DNA from: Eubacteriales bacterium
Lineage (GTDB): Bacteria; Bacillota; Clostridia; Oscillospirales; CAG-272
NCBI GenBank assembly: GCA_045576095.1
Contig: JAZNFP010000045.1
Coordinates: forward strand, 10,391-74,390
Reading direction: 5' to 3'
Length of the DNA: 64,000 nucleotides
Position 1 is the stretch's first letter, and every line of letters begins with the position of its first letter. The translations under genes and the position numbers were made by a program. Below are positions 26,464 through 35,998 of this stretch, one piece after another. The notes below the pieces were generated by a model. The model was given only the letters and a program-made list of their open reading frames with translations, made no database searches and had not been told where the DNA came from.

Positions 26464-26777
26464 GTCCTACACTATTATATATCGCGTGCCAAAACGGGAA
26501 AATCGGGTGATTTTTACCAATTATCTCCATGCCTCGCACCGACCGCTTTTTTCGGAAGATAAACGTAAATATTTGTTTACACAGCGGTATTCACAATATG
26601 TTACTACAAATTACTTTTATTTTTGGTAAAACGCCAAAATAAAAGTCTATTTTTTATCGTAAGTAATTTTATATTACCCACCGGAGGGAGGTGCGAGCCT
26701 GAAAATTCCTTGTTTTTCCAAAAAAAGAAGGCGAAAAATTACCAAAAAAATTTTTTATCGATTTTTTTCAGTCGTAG

Positions 26778-26814
26778 AAAAGGGAGCTGCCCGACCGTGC
26801 AAGCAGCTCCCTTT
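26778..26814 (-). terminator. Terminator downstream of mnmA
   Basis: GGGAGCTGC (26782-26790) pairs with GCAGCTCCC (26803-26811). On the minus strand it is followed by TTTTCT. Confidence 0.7.
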
Positions 26815-26830
26815 ATATAGATGAAACGTT

Positions 26831-27859
26831 TCAAGGATTTTCACAAATGACCCCCCCAAAAAGCAGGAGGTCCCCTCGGTAAAAGACCGCAGACTGCCCC
26901 GCCGTAACGTAATGGCGCGGCTCGGCAAGCGAGACACAGAGCCGATCGCCCGTGCAACGGACCTCGGCATCCACGGGTTTTGCCTGATAGCGAAGCACCG
27001 CCTCACAGCGAAGCGTCTCGCCGGGAAGGAGTGGAGCGATCCCCGAAAACACCGGGGATTGCAGATACAGCTCGGACACGCGTGCCTCCCCTGCGGGGGC
27101 AAGCACGATGCGCGCCGTACCGGGATCGATCGCCTTGACGTACATCCGCTCTCCGAGCGCGACACCCAGCCCTCGCCTCTGACCGACCGTATACCGATGA
27201 ATTCCTCGGTGTCTGCCAAGGACTCTCCCCGACTCATCGACGAACTCCCCCTCCGGGAAGGCACCGAACGACGATTCGAGAAATGCGGCGTAATTGCCGT
27301 CCGGGATAAAGCAAATATCTCGGCTCTCCGCCTTTTCTGCGGTGGAAAGCGATGCGCTGCGTGCGGAGCCGCGAACCTCCTCCTTCGTCATTCCACCGAG
27401 TGGAAGCAGAAGATGCGACAAAACCCCCTCGTCAAGGCGCCATAAAACGTAACTCTGGTCCTTCTTCGAATCAACACCGCGTAATATTGCGTGCCTGCCG
27501 CCGTTTTCCGTGATTCTCGCGTAGTGCCCCGTTGCAATCCGTTCAAAGCCGTTTTCCAGCGCATACTTCAGCAGCGCTCGGAACTTCACTCGCTCGTTGC
27601 AAAGGATGCAGGGGTTCGGAGTTCTGCCGCATCGGTATTCCTCGGCAAAATTTTTGATGACGGTATTCCTAAAGAGCTCGGTCACGTCAAGCTCGTGCAA
27701 AGCGATTCCGAGCTCTCTTGCCGAGGCACGTGCCGAGTCAAGCTCGGTATATTCATGCATCCGAAGAATCGCTCCCTCAACGCGATGCCCTGCGTCGAGC
27801 AAGCACCGCGCGCTGTAGGCACTGTCGAGCCCCCCGCTCATACCAAGCAAAACACGCAT
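26831..27859 (-). CDS. mnmA: tRNA 2-thiouridine(34) synthase MnmA
   Basis: PP-loop LGMSGGLDSAY, GRTPNPCILCNERVKF, ATGHYARI. Confidence 0.95.
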   Translation of the reverse strand: MRVLLGMSGGLDSAYSARCLLDAGHRVEGAILRMHEYTELDSARASARELGIALHELDVTELFRNTVIKNFAEEYRCGRTPNPCILCNERVKFRALLKYALENGFERIATGHYARITENGGRHAILRGVDSKKDQSYVLWRLDEGVLSHLLLPLGGMTKEEVRGSARSASLSTAEKAESRDICFIPDGNYAAFLESSFGAFPEGEFVDESGRVLGRHRGIHRYTVGQRRGLGVALGERMYVKAIDPGTARIVLAPAGEARVSELYLQSPVFSGIAPLLPGETLRCEAVLRYQAKPVDAEVRCTGDRLCVSLAEPRHYVTAGQSAVFYRGDLLLFGGVICENP

Positions 27860-27873
27860 AGACGCTCCTTTCT

Positions 27874-27908
27874 AAAAAGAGAACGGACGGGACACCCGTC
27901 CGTTCTTC
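27874..27908 (-). terminator. Hairpin plus T-run between nifU and mnmA (internal terminator or attenuator)
   Basis: On the minus strand: GAACGGACGGG, loop TGT, CCCGTCCGTTC, then TCTTTTT, directly before the mnmA RBS AAAGGAG. Confidence 0.6.
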
Positions 27909-27934
27909 CCTCTTTCGTTTTCCTGCCGAGGCGT

Positions 27935-28360
27935 TCAGTTGTGCGCCTCGCACTCCTTGCAATCGCTCTCAAGCTCAAAATCAATCGGTCTGCCGATCTT
28001 CGTGTAATAATCGGCAAGGGCGGCTTTGATTGCCTCCTCGGCGAGCACCGAGCAGTGAATCTTCACGGGAGGAAGCCCCTCAAGCGCCTCAACGACGGCG
28101 CTATTGGTCAGCTGAAGTGCCTCTGCGACGGTTTTTCCCTTGATCAGCTCGGTTGCCATCGACGAGGTTGCAATAGCGGCACCGCAGCCGAAGGTCTTGA
28201 ACTTCACGTCAACGATGACGTCGTCCTCAATCTTCAGATACATTTTCATAATATCTCCGCACTTGGCGTTTCCAACCTGACCGACGCCACTCGGAGCCTC
28301 GATCTCGCCAACGTTGCGCGGATGCGTGAAATGGTCCATTACCTTATCGCTGTACTGCAT
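27935..28360 (-). CDS. nifU: Fe-S cluster assembly scaffold NifU/IscU
   Basis: GNAKCGDIMKMYL, FKTFGCGAAIATSS, IHCSVLAEEA (the three conserved Cys). Confidence 0.93.
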   Translation of the reverse strand: MQYSDKVMDHFTHPRNVGEIEAPSGVGQVGNAKCGDIMKMYLKIEDDVIVDVKFKTFGCGAAIATSSMATELIKGKTVAEALQLTNSAVVEALEGLPPVKIHCSVLAEEAIKAALADYYTKIGRPIDFELESDCKECEAHN

Positions 28361-28384
28361 AGTGATTTCCTTTCCCTTCAGTCC

Positions 28385-29563
28385 TTATCCTTCGTTTCCG
28401 TGCATAACCGATTCATAAAGCGGACTCATCTCGCGGAGTCTCTCGATGATCGGCGGCAGGGTTTCAATAATGTAGTCGATATCCTCGTCGGTCGTCTCAT
28501 GCGAAATCGAAAGACGAAGCGAGCCGTGTGCCTTCTCGTGCGGAACGCCCGTCGCAAGCAAAACGTGCGAGGGATCGAGAGAATCGGAGGAGCATGCCGA
28601 GCCGGTCGAAGCACAGATCCCCGCCATATCGAGCCACAGGATCATGCTCTCCCCCTCGATGAACTCGAAGCCGATATTGAGCGTTCCCGCAAGGCGCTCG
28701 GTCGGGTGACCGTTCAGGCGCGAATACGGAATCCGAAGAAGAGCCCTCTGAAGGCGGTCGCGTCTCTGACGAACCGCATCCATCTCGGGGAGCCTCTCCA
28801 CCGCCAGCTCAAGTGCCTTTGCAAGCCCGACAATTGATGCAAGATTTTCGGTTCCGCCGCGGCGGCGACGCTCCTGCCCGCCTCCGTCAATGTAGCTTCC
28901 GATCTGCACGCCGCGACGGACGTAAAGCGCGCCCACACCCTTCGGTGCGTTGAATTTATGCCCGGAAAGCGCCAGCATATCCACTCCGAGCGTCGAAAGA
29001 TCAATCGCCACGTGCCCAACCGCCTGCACCGCATCGGTAAACATCAAGGCTCCGTTTGCATGTGCAATCTCGGCAATCTCGGCAATCGGCTGGATCGTTC
29101 CGATCTCGTTATTGGCATACATGACCGCAACGAGCGCCGTCGTTTCGTCGATGACCGAACGAAGCTGCTCCAGATCGACCACACCGTACTCGTCTACGTC
29201 AAGATAGATGACGCGATACCCCTCCTTCTCGAGAGCCTCACAGGTACGGAGCACCGCGTGATGCTCGATTTTTGAGGTAATCAGTGTATTTCTTCCTTTT
29301 TTTGCGCGATGCATCGCGCCCTTAATCGCCCAGTTGTCCGATTCGCTTCCGCACGAGGTGAAATAGATCTCCTCAGGCTTGCAGCCAAGAGATCCTGCAA
29401 CCGATGCGCGTGCATCCGAAAGAAGCGTCGCCGCCTCCCGCCCCTTTCCGTAGAGGCTTGATGGATTCCCCCAATGATCGGTCAGGCAGGGCAGCATTGC
29501 CTCGACGACCTCCTTGGCAACCGGGGTTGTTGCCGCGTTATCCGCATATACAAAACGTGCCAT
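28385..29563 (-). CDS. nifS: Cysteine desulfurase NifS/IscS
   Basis: YADNAATTP, PLP lysine motif LSGHKFNAPKGVGALY, active-site STGSACSS. ATG 29563 is preceded by GAGGAC. Confidence 0.93.
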   Translation of the reverse strand: MARFVYADNAATTPVAKEVVEAMLPCLTDHWGNPSSLYGKGREAATLLSDARASVAGSLGCKPEEIYFTSCGSESDNWAIKGAMHRAKKGRNTLITSKIEHHAVLRTCEALEKEGYRVIYLDVDEYGVVDLEQLRSVIDETTALVAVMYANNEIGTIQPIAEIAEIAHANGALMFTDAVQAVGHVAIDLSTLGVDMLALSGHKFNAPKGVGALYVRRGVQIGSYIDGGGQERRRRGGTENLASIVGLAKALELAVERLPEMDAVRQRRDRLQRALLRIPYSRLNGHPTERLAGTLNIGFEFIEGESMILWLDMAGICASTGSACSSDSLDPSHVLLATGVPHEKAHGSLRLSISHETTDEDIDYIIETLPPIIERLREMSPLYESVMHGNEG

Positions 29564-29704
29564 ATTTTTCGTCCTCACTGAATCCAAATACCGTTTCTCT
29601 GCATTTGGTCGATGCTATTGTATACCTTTTTCGTGTTATTTTCAATACGTTCCCGCAAATTCAAATTGTTAATTTTTTGTGACGCTCTTTTTTACCGACT
29701 CCTA

Positions 29705-29733
29705 TTGACTTTCGCGGTCGATTCTATTATAAT
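29705..29733 (+). promoter_or_regulatory. SigA-type promoter of the glucokinase gene
   Basis: TTGACT (29705-29710), 17-bp spacer, TATAAT (29728-29733). Confidence 0.55.
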
Positions 29734-29825
29734 AAAATTATAATAAACAGGGTATCATGAAAGCGTAAAAAGCCTTTCGGTGACAGAAAAAAGCAGAAAA
29801 CGTCCGACGGAAAAGGAGAAGATTT

Positions 29826-30791
29826 ATGTATTATATCGGTGTAGATCTCGGCGGTACCAATATCGCAATCGGTATCTGCGACAAATCTCTTAGGATTCTC
29901 GATAAAGGGAGCGTCCCTACCAATCCGAACCGCGCCCCCGAGCTCATCATCAAGGATATGACCGACCTCGCCAAGCGCCTTTTGGAGAGAAACGGAATTT
30001 CTCTTGACGAGGTTGCCTCGGTCGGCATCGCCTCTCCCGGAAGCTGTAATAGTGAGAGCGGCGTTGTCACCTATGCAAACAACCTTCCCTTTGAGAATTT
30101 CGAGATCGCAAGGATTTTCAAGGAGTATCTTCCCGTCAAGCGCGTTATCGTTGAAAACGATGCCAACGCAGCCGCCCTTGCGGAGGCATTGGTTGGCGCT
30201 GCTGCCGGCGTAAAGCACTCGGTCATGGTAACGCTCGGGACGGGTGTCGGCGGTGGCATTATCATCGACGGAAAGGTATATTCGGGCTTTAACCATTTCG
30301 GTGCCGAGCTCGGGCACATGGTCATTGAGAAGGGCGGACGCCCCTGCTCCTGCGGTCGCCGCGGATGCTGGGAGGCATACAGCTCCGCAACCGGTCTGAC
30401 CAACATGACGAAGGACAAAATCGAGGAATGCCGGAGACGGGGAATCCCGAGCCTGATGGTGAAGGAGCTTGAGGAGAACGGCAAGGTCTCGGCTCGCACG
30501 GCGTTCAACGCGATGAAGGCGGGCGATGCTGCCGGCAAGGAGGTCGTTGACGAATATATCTCCTACCTGACGACCGGTCTTGCGAATATCATTAACGTCT
30601 TCCAGCCTGAGGTTCTTTCGATCGGCGGCGGCGTTTGCAACGAGGGCGAGTATCTGACCAAGCCCATCGAGGCGCGTCTCAAGCACGAGAGATACGGCGG
30701 CGAGAATGCCCGCGGTCCTCAAACGAAGCTGAAAATTGCCAAGCTCGGAAACGATGCCGGTATCGTCGGTGCCGCAGGGCTCGGTTTCTGA
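29826..30791 (+). CDS. glcK: ROK-family glucokinase
   Basis: YIGVDLGGTNIAIG, ENDANAAALAE, and the ROK zinc motif GHMVIEKGGRPCSCGRRGCWEAY. Confidence 0.9.
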   Translation: MYYIGVDLGGTNIAIGICDKSLRILDKGSVPTNPNRAPELIIKDMTDLAKRLLERNGISLDEVASVGIASPGSCNSESGVVTYANNLPFENFEIARIFKEYLPVKRVIVENDANAAALAEALVGAAAGVKHSVMVTLGTGVGGGIIIDGKVYSGFNHFGAELGHMVIEKGGRPCSCGRRGCWEAYSSATGLTNMTKDKIEECRRRGIPSLMVKELEENGKVSARTAFNAMKAGDAAGKEVVDEYISYLTTGLANIINVFQPEVLSIGGGVCNEGEYLTKPIEARLKHERYGGENARGPQTKLKIAKLGNDAGIVGAAGLGF

Positions 30792-30866
30792 GGCAAATAA
30801 AAAAGCGGGGGGGCTTGGCGGCGCGTCGGAAAGCGCCCTCGCTTCCTTGACGGCATAATCTCCCAC

Positions 30867-30895
30867 TTGACATTCCGAATGGGGTATGCTATAAT
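30867..30895 (+). promoter_or_regulatory. Consensus SigA promoter of the small ORF 30940-31179
   Basis: TTGACA (30867-30872), 17-bp spacer, TATAAT (30890-30895). Confidence 0.65.
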
Positions 30896-30939
30896 CATTT
30901 TGCAAATGAAGAAAATACCAACCACAAGAAAGGATCCCC

Positions 30940-31179
30940 ATGAAAAAAATCATCTGCAAAAAAGAGTACGACACCGAGACCGCAACTCTGCTGTATAAGG
31001 CTACGGCAGGCTGTCTCGGCGATCCCGCCGGCTACGAGGAGTCGCTTTATGTAACCCCCGAGGGAAACGCCTTCCTTTACACGAACGGCGGTGCCGAGTC
31101 TCCGTATCCCGCGGAGAAGATCACGCGGCTTTCGAAAAAGAACGCCGATGCTTGGCTTGCCGAGCACGAGGGTAAATAA
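30940..31179 (+). CDS. 79-aa hypothetical soluble protein
   Basis: RBS AAAGGA. Bracketed by its own consensus promoter and a strong terminator. Confidence 0.6.
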   Translation: MKKIICKKEYDTETATLLYKATAGCLGDPAGYEESLYVTPEGNAFLYTNGGAESPYPAEKITRLSKKNADAWLAEHEGK

Positions 31180-31198
31180 AGATATTCCGCCGGAAACT

Positions 31199-31250
31199 CA
31201 AAAAGCTGTCCCGAGTGCAGATTATTGCACTCGGGACAGCTTTTTCGTTT
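31199..31250. terminator. Bidirectional intrinsic terminator
   Basis: AGCTGTCCCGAGTGCA (31204-31219) pairs with TGCACTCGGGACAGCT (31227-31242), flanked by an A-run and a T-run. Confidence 0.85.
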
Positions 31251-31261
31251 GGATGCTGCAG

Positions 31262-32386
31262 TCAGAGAGAGCTCTCAAAGCGCGCAACCACGCGCTTCAG
31301 ATCCTCTCGGATCGGAAGCTGCTGCGGACACTTTTCCTCGCAGGCACCGCAGGAAACGCACAGAGACGCGAGTGTCTCGGGGTTGGAGAGGTATCTTCGG
31401 CGTTGTTCTTCAAGCTGCTTTGGGAACATTCCCGATTGATTCAAAAGCCAAAAGGCGCGGGGGATATCGACACCGACAGGGCACGGCACGCAGTAGCGAC
31501 AGCCCGTGCAGTTGTTATAAACCGAGTCGCGGATCCGATCTGCGATCTCGGTCACTGCCAAAAGCTCGGCTTCGGACAGCGGACGGAAGTCACTGCCAAG
31601 CGTTTTGAGGTTTTCCTTGAGCTGCTCCATCGTTGACATGCCGCTGAGAACGACACACACGTTTTCCTGCGAGGCAACCCAGGAGAGGGCAAAATCGGCA
31701 AGTGAGCGAGAGGGATCGATCGCGGCAAAGCGTTCCTTGATCTCCTCGGAAAGATGCACGAGGCTTCCGCCGCGAATCGGCTCCATGATCACGAGCGGAA
31801 TACCGAGCCGAAGGGTAAGATCGTATCCTTTCTTGCCGGGACCGCCCTTGGTGTCAAAATAGTTATACTGAATCTGGCAGAAATCCCATTTCCGATAGGT
31901 GGCAATCTCCTCAAAGGCCTCGTACTTATCGTGGAAGGAGAATCCGAGACGGCGGATTTTCCCTTCCTTACACAGCCTTTCAAAGATCGGAATCAAGCCG
32001 TATCCGACCACCTTGTCCCGCCAGCTTGACGCATTCAGCGAGTGAAAAAGATAGTAATCGACATAATCAACCCCAAGACGCTCCAGCTGCTTTTCAAACA
32101 TGGAAACGGCAGCCTCGGCGGAATCGATCAGCCAAAGCGGAAGCTTGGTGGCAAGAGCGTAGCTTTCGCGCGGATATTTCGAGAGCACACGCCCGACGAA
32201 GGGCTCGGATTCTCCGTCGTGATAAGGATAAGCCGTATCAAAATAGTTCACTCCCGCGGCATACGCGGCGTCAAGCATGCGCTCCGCCTCTCGCTCGTCG
32301 ATTTTTCCATCCTCGGTCTTTGGGAAGCGCATCGTTCCGAAGCCGAGAAGCGAGCAGTCGCGTCCCGCAAAGCTTCGATAGATCAT
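31262..32386 (-). CDS. Aldo/keto reductase with a C-terminal 4Fe-4S ferredoxin-type domain
   Basis: AKR N-terminus (LGFGTMRFP, GVNYFDTAYPYHDGESE). C-terminal CTGCRYCVPCP and CVSCGACEEKCP motifs. Confidence 0.9.
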   Translation of the reverse strand: MIYRSFAGRDCSLLGFGTMRFPKTEDGKIDEREAERMLDAAYAAGVNYFDTAYPYHDGESEPFVGRVLSKYPRESYALATKLPLWLIDSAEAAVSMFEKQLERLGVDYVDYYLFHSLNASSWRDKVVGYGLIPIFERLCKEGKIRRLGFSFHDKYEAFEEIATYRKWDFCQIQYNYFDTKGGPGKKGYDLTLRLGIPLVIMEPIRGGSLVHLSEEIKERFAAIDPSRSLADFALSWVASQENVCVVLSGMSTMEQLKENLKTLGSDFRPLSEAELLAVTEIADRIRDSVYNNCTGCRYCVPCPVGVDIPRAFWLLNQSGMFPKQLEEQRRRYLSNPETLASLCVSCGACEEKCPQQLPIREDLKRVVARFESSL

Positions 32387-32418
32387 CGATTCATCCTCCT
32401 TGTGTCACTGATTTTATT

Positions 32419-33096
32419 TCATTGAGTGTCGTTCCATGAAAAATCCATTTCAAAGCCTCGGAAGTTCTCACAGTCTCCCGACGTTTGAGGCATCTCTCCC
32501 GACCATACGACGACGTCGGAGAGTTCCCGAATCATATAGGCTTGCATATAGGCATCCTCAAGCGGAAACCACTCGCGGCGAAACCGCTCGAGCACCGCTT
32601 CCCCATCTCGGGCGCGAATCCGACTCTCACAGAGAGAACGCTCTGCCGTCAAAACAATCCGCAAATCGTAAAAATCGGGGATCTCGGGATGCATGGCGTA
32701 GCACCCCTCGACGATCAGATAACGGGAATCGGGAAGCGTAACCGTCCTTTGAATACACTGCGAGGCACAGTCGAAAATCCCATAGGAGATCGGGCTCCCC
32801 TTCAGGGCATTGCCCGCAACCTCGCGGCGAAACCGCTCGTAATCCACGTTCCATCCCGGCTCTGCAATACGCGCTCCGCTTCTTTCGGAAAGCGGCAGAT
32901 AAAAGTCGTCCATATGAATCACGGGAGCGCCGAGCTTCTCTGCAAGGTGATCGGCAAGCATGCTTTTACCGCTTCCGCTCACACCGTCGATGGCAATATA
33001 GAAATGCCGCATCTCCTCGGATTCGTCGGCGATCAGATCGGGAAGCGCGGAAAGCGCCTCCTCAAAACGAAAGCTCTCCATCCTACCGATCCCCAT
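32419..33096 (-). CDS. P-loop nucleoside/nucleotide kinase-like protein (uridine kinase family-like)
   Basis: Walker A IAIDGVSGSGKSMLAD followed by VIHMDDFYLP. The start is ambiguous: ATG 33096 or ATG 33081. Confidence 0.7.
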   Translation of the reverse strand: MGIGRMESFRFEEALSALPDLIADESEEMRHFYIAIDGVSGSGKSMLADHLAEKLGAPVIHMDDFYLPLSERSGARIAEPGWNVDYERFRREVAGNALKGSPISYGIFDCASQCIQRTVTLPDSRYLIVEGCYAMHPEIPDFYDLRIVLTAERSLCESRIRARDGEAVLERFRREWFPLEDAYMQAYMIRELSDVVVWSGEMPQTSGDCENFRGFEMDFSWNDTQ

Positions 33097-33265
33097 TTTT
33101 CTCGGGAGCGACCGACTCGTCTTCCCCGCGGAGCGAGGAACGAAACCATACGAGATACGCCTCTCGCAGCCGCTTTTGCTCGGCAAGCTCAGGCTCGGTA
33201 AGCGGCCGCTCGCGCATCAAGCGCCCAAGCTCGTTAATTCTGTCAATTTCTTTTTTAGTCAGCAT
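33083..33265 (-). CDS. DUF896/UPF0291-family small protein
   Basis: MLTKKEIDRINELGRLMRERPLTEPELAEQKRLREAYL matches the YnzC/DUF896 pattern. Confidence 0.8.
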   Translation of the reverse strand: MLTKKEIDRINELGRLMRERPLTEPELAEQKRLREAYLVWFRSSLRGEDESVAPEKNGDR

Positions 33266-33322
33266 AGCTTTTTCTCCGTAAAAATGCGAGCGGCACCGAG
33301 GTGTCGCCCGCATACAAAGCTT

Positions 33323-34138
33323 TTACGCTCTTCTTCTGCGCGTATTTGCAAATTGGAACAGGATACCAAGCAAGCCGATCAGAAGACCGATCGCAACGCC
33401 AACGGTGAGCGAGGGGATACCAAGCGGCTCAAGATAGGAGAATACCGCCTCGTTCTCGTACAGAACGGTTTGAAGCGCAGATACGCCCGAGCCAAGCTGC
33501 GCCACGGCGATCACGCCGCCGCCGAGTGCCGTTGCGAACACGAATGCGACCTTGATCAAAAGTGCCGCAACGATTGCCACGACGATCGCAACGACGATCC
33601 GATACAGCAGCGCGTTCGACACGTCCGCAAAATAGGATGCGGAAAGCAGGAACACGCCATAGCCAACACCGGCAACGATCGCAACGCGGAACAGGAAATG
33701 AATCAGGATTGCGGCGGCGATGCCGAAGATGCCCGCAACGATCAGCTCCACGAACTCGGGAATGCCGGAAATCCAGGACACGACGTGCGGATAAAGGATA
33801 AATCCGCCGTAGCAGCCGCCGATAAATCCGATAATAAGCAAGAACAGGCGCAGGAGCCGATAACCGAAGAAGCAAAGAATCAAAGCAAGAACGCCGAGTG
33901 CGATGTAATGATAATCCCGATTGGTTTCCAGAAAATCAAAGAACTGCTGGCAGTAGGTGCCGATGACCGCCGCCTCGGCAAATTCCGCCTTGATATCCTC
34001 GGCAAGAGCGGGCACGGAGAATGCGGTGGAATCTCCCGAGCCGGACGGCTCCGCGGCTGAGGCACTGATACAAAAGATTGCGACCGCAAGCGTCAGAACA
34101 ACGAGGAACGCCGCCGCCTTTTTGACCGTGTGTTTCAT
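33323..34138 (-). CDS. Multi-pass membrane protein with signal peptide (DUF4203-like), function unknown
   Basis: Signal peptide, a short exposed segment, then about seven hydrophobic helices. Confidence 0.7.
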   Translation of the reverse strand: MKHTVKKAAAFLVVLTLAVAIFCISASAAEPSGSGDSTAFSVPALAEDIKAEFAEAAVIGTYCQQFFDFLETNRDYHYIALGVLALILCFFGYRLLRLFLLIIGFIGGCYGGFILYPHVVSWISGIPEFVELIVAGIFGIAAAILIHFLFRVAIVAGVGYGVFLLSASYFADVSNALLYRIVVAIVVAIVAALLIKVAFVFATALGGGVIAVAQLGSGVSALQTVLYENEAVFSYLEPLGIPSLTVGVAIGLLIGLLGILFQFANTRRRRA

Positions 34139-34450
34139 TGGTTGTACTCCTTTTTGAAATTGCGTATACGGAAACGGTTAGATGTATTTCCATTATATCA
34201 CTTATTGGCGCAAAATGCAAATGTTTTTTGTGTTTTTTTTCGGCGATTTTTGTTTTTTGATTACCGCACCGAAAAAAAGCTGGTATTTATGCGGATTTCT
34301 CAAGGTGCAGAGAATCCGCCGTCAAATATTTCAATTTTGTGAATTTGGAAAGGGTTTTCAAAATTCCTTGATTTTTGCGGTAGAATATGATAGAATGAAA
34401 GTAAGGGGCTGTAGTCCCCTTTGACAACCATAGAAATTACGGAGTTGAAA

Positions 34451-35998
34451 ATGAAAAATCGCCTGCGCCGCCCTGCAGCACTTTTGGCCGTCTGCTTTGC
34501 GATCGTTACCGCCTGCGTTCTGCTATCCTTTCTGATCGATCGGCTCGGCTTTGCGGGGAATCTCATCGACCGCATCCTCTCGGCCGTCGCCCCCTTCGTG
34601 GTCGGCGGTATTTTGGCATTCGTGCTGAAGCCGATCTGCAATCTCCTTGACGGTCCGATCGGGAATTTTTACGTGCAGCACGTATTCCGGCGCCGGCTGC
34701 AAACGGGAAGAACAACCGAAAAAAGAATCCGCCGCGGCGCCGAAATGACGAGCATTTTTGTGGCAATTCTCTGCTTCTTTTTAGCGATCTATGCCCTGCT
34801 CAATTCGGTTCTTCCGCAGCTGTTCGAAAGCATCTCGCTTCTGATCAACAACATTCCGAGCTACCTGCAGCGGCTTTCAAGCTGGGTCGTTGATCTGATC
34901 GGAGACAAGAACCCCGAGCTGACCGAGAAAATAACCGATTTTCTTTCGGATTTCAATACCGATCTTTCCTTCTGGCTTCAGAACTCCGTTCAGCCCTATC
35001 TCGAATCGCTTTTGTCGGGCGACTCCGACGCCATGGCACCGATTTTGAGCATTATCTCCGGTACGATCAACGTCGGTCGCGTTCTCATCAACCTGATTCT
35101 CGATACCGTCGTCAGCATCGTCGTCACGGCTTATGCCCTCGCCGGCAGAAAAAAATTCACCCAGCAGGGGAAGCTTCTGATCTACGGTGCGTTTCCCAAA
35201 AGATGGGCCGATATTATCGTCGAGGAAATCCGATATATCAACTTCGTTTTCAGCCACTACGTCAGCGGCCGTATTCTCGACTGCACGATCGTCGGAATTC
35301 TCATCTTTATTGCCTGCTCGATTGTACGAATCCCCCAGGCGGCGCTCGTTTCGATCATGGTAGGCGCCTCAAATATCATCCCCTTCTTCGGTCCTTATAT
35401 CGGAACGATCCCCTCCGCTTTGATCATTCTGATGATCGACCCGATCAAATTCATCTATTTCGTGGTTCTCGTCATCATCATCCAGCAAATTGACAGCAAC
35501 ATTCTCGATCCCTTCGTCGTCGGGAATTCTATCGATATGTCAAGCTTCTGGATTCTCTTCTCGGTGCTTCTTTTCGGTGGACTCTACGGCTTTGCGGGAC
35601 TCCTTCTCGGCGTTCCGACCTTTGCAATCCTTTACGACATCGTCCGTAAGCTGACGGCATTTGCGCTGAAAAAGCGAGGAGAGGACGAGATTCTGGACGA
35701 CTATCAAGCCGCCTTCCATGACCCGACCGAGGAGAGATCGTTCATTCGCCAGCGCGCCAAAAGCATCCGACTCGAGCGAAAGGCAGTCGAGCTGAGCAAA
35801 AAGGAGCAGGGCGTCCTCATCTCCTCGCTGGTTATGGAGGCCCAGGCATCCGGTACTACAGAGGCAGAGCCTGCCGCCGATACCGTAACGGCGGAAAACG
35901 GTGCGCCGAGCATCACCATTCCGATTCCGCTTCATCCGATCGAAAGCAAGGAGGACGGAGAAGGCTCGGAGCAGGGGGCGGAGGAAACGCAGCCTTGA
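34451..35998 (+). CDS. AI-2E family (PerM/UPF0118) transporter with a long hydrophilic C-terminal tail
   Basis: Family motif GASNIIPFFGPYIGTIPSALIIL. ATG 34451 lies 6 nt after GGAG. Confidence 0.88.
   Translation: MKNRLRRPAALLAVCFAIVTACVLLSFLIDRLGFAGNLIDRILSAVAPFVVGGILAFVLKPICNLLDGPIGNFYVQHVFRRRLQTGRTTEKRIRRGAEMTSIFVAILCFFLAIYALLNSVLPQLFESISLLINNIPSYLQRLSSWVVDLIGDKNPELTEKITDFLSDFNTDLSFWLQNSVQPYLESLLSGDSDAMAPILSIISGTINVGRVLINLILDTVVSIVVTAYALAGRKKFTQQGKLLIYGAFPKRWADIIVEEIRYINFVFSHYVSGRILDCTIVGILIFIACSIVRIPQAALVSIMVGASNIIPFFGPYIGTIPSALIILMIDPIKFIYFVVLVIIIQQIDSNILDPFVVGNSIDMSSFWILFSVLLFGGLYGFAGLLLGVPTFAILYDIVRKLTAFALKKRGEDEILDDYQAAFHDPTEERSFIRQRAKSIRLERKAVELSKKEQGVLISSLVMEAQASGTTEAEPAADTVTAENGAPSITIPIPLHPIESKEDGEGSEQGAEETQP

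Noticed and set aside
26566-26590. Imperfect palindrome GTAAATATTTGTTTAC upstream of the ABC operon as a LacI/CcpA-type operator
   Set aside because: The arms are only 5 bp with an asymmetric 6-nt centre. It lies >100 bp upstream of the -35 in generally AT-rich DNA and does not match the cre consensus. Not supportable without a motif scan.
29727-30974. 415-aa minus-strand ORF
   Set aside because: It is antisense to the ROK glucokinase, which has unambiguous ROK motifs.
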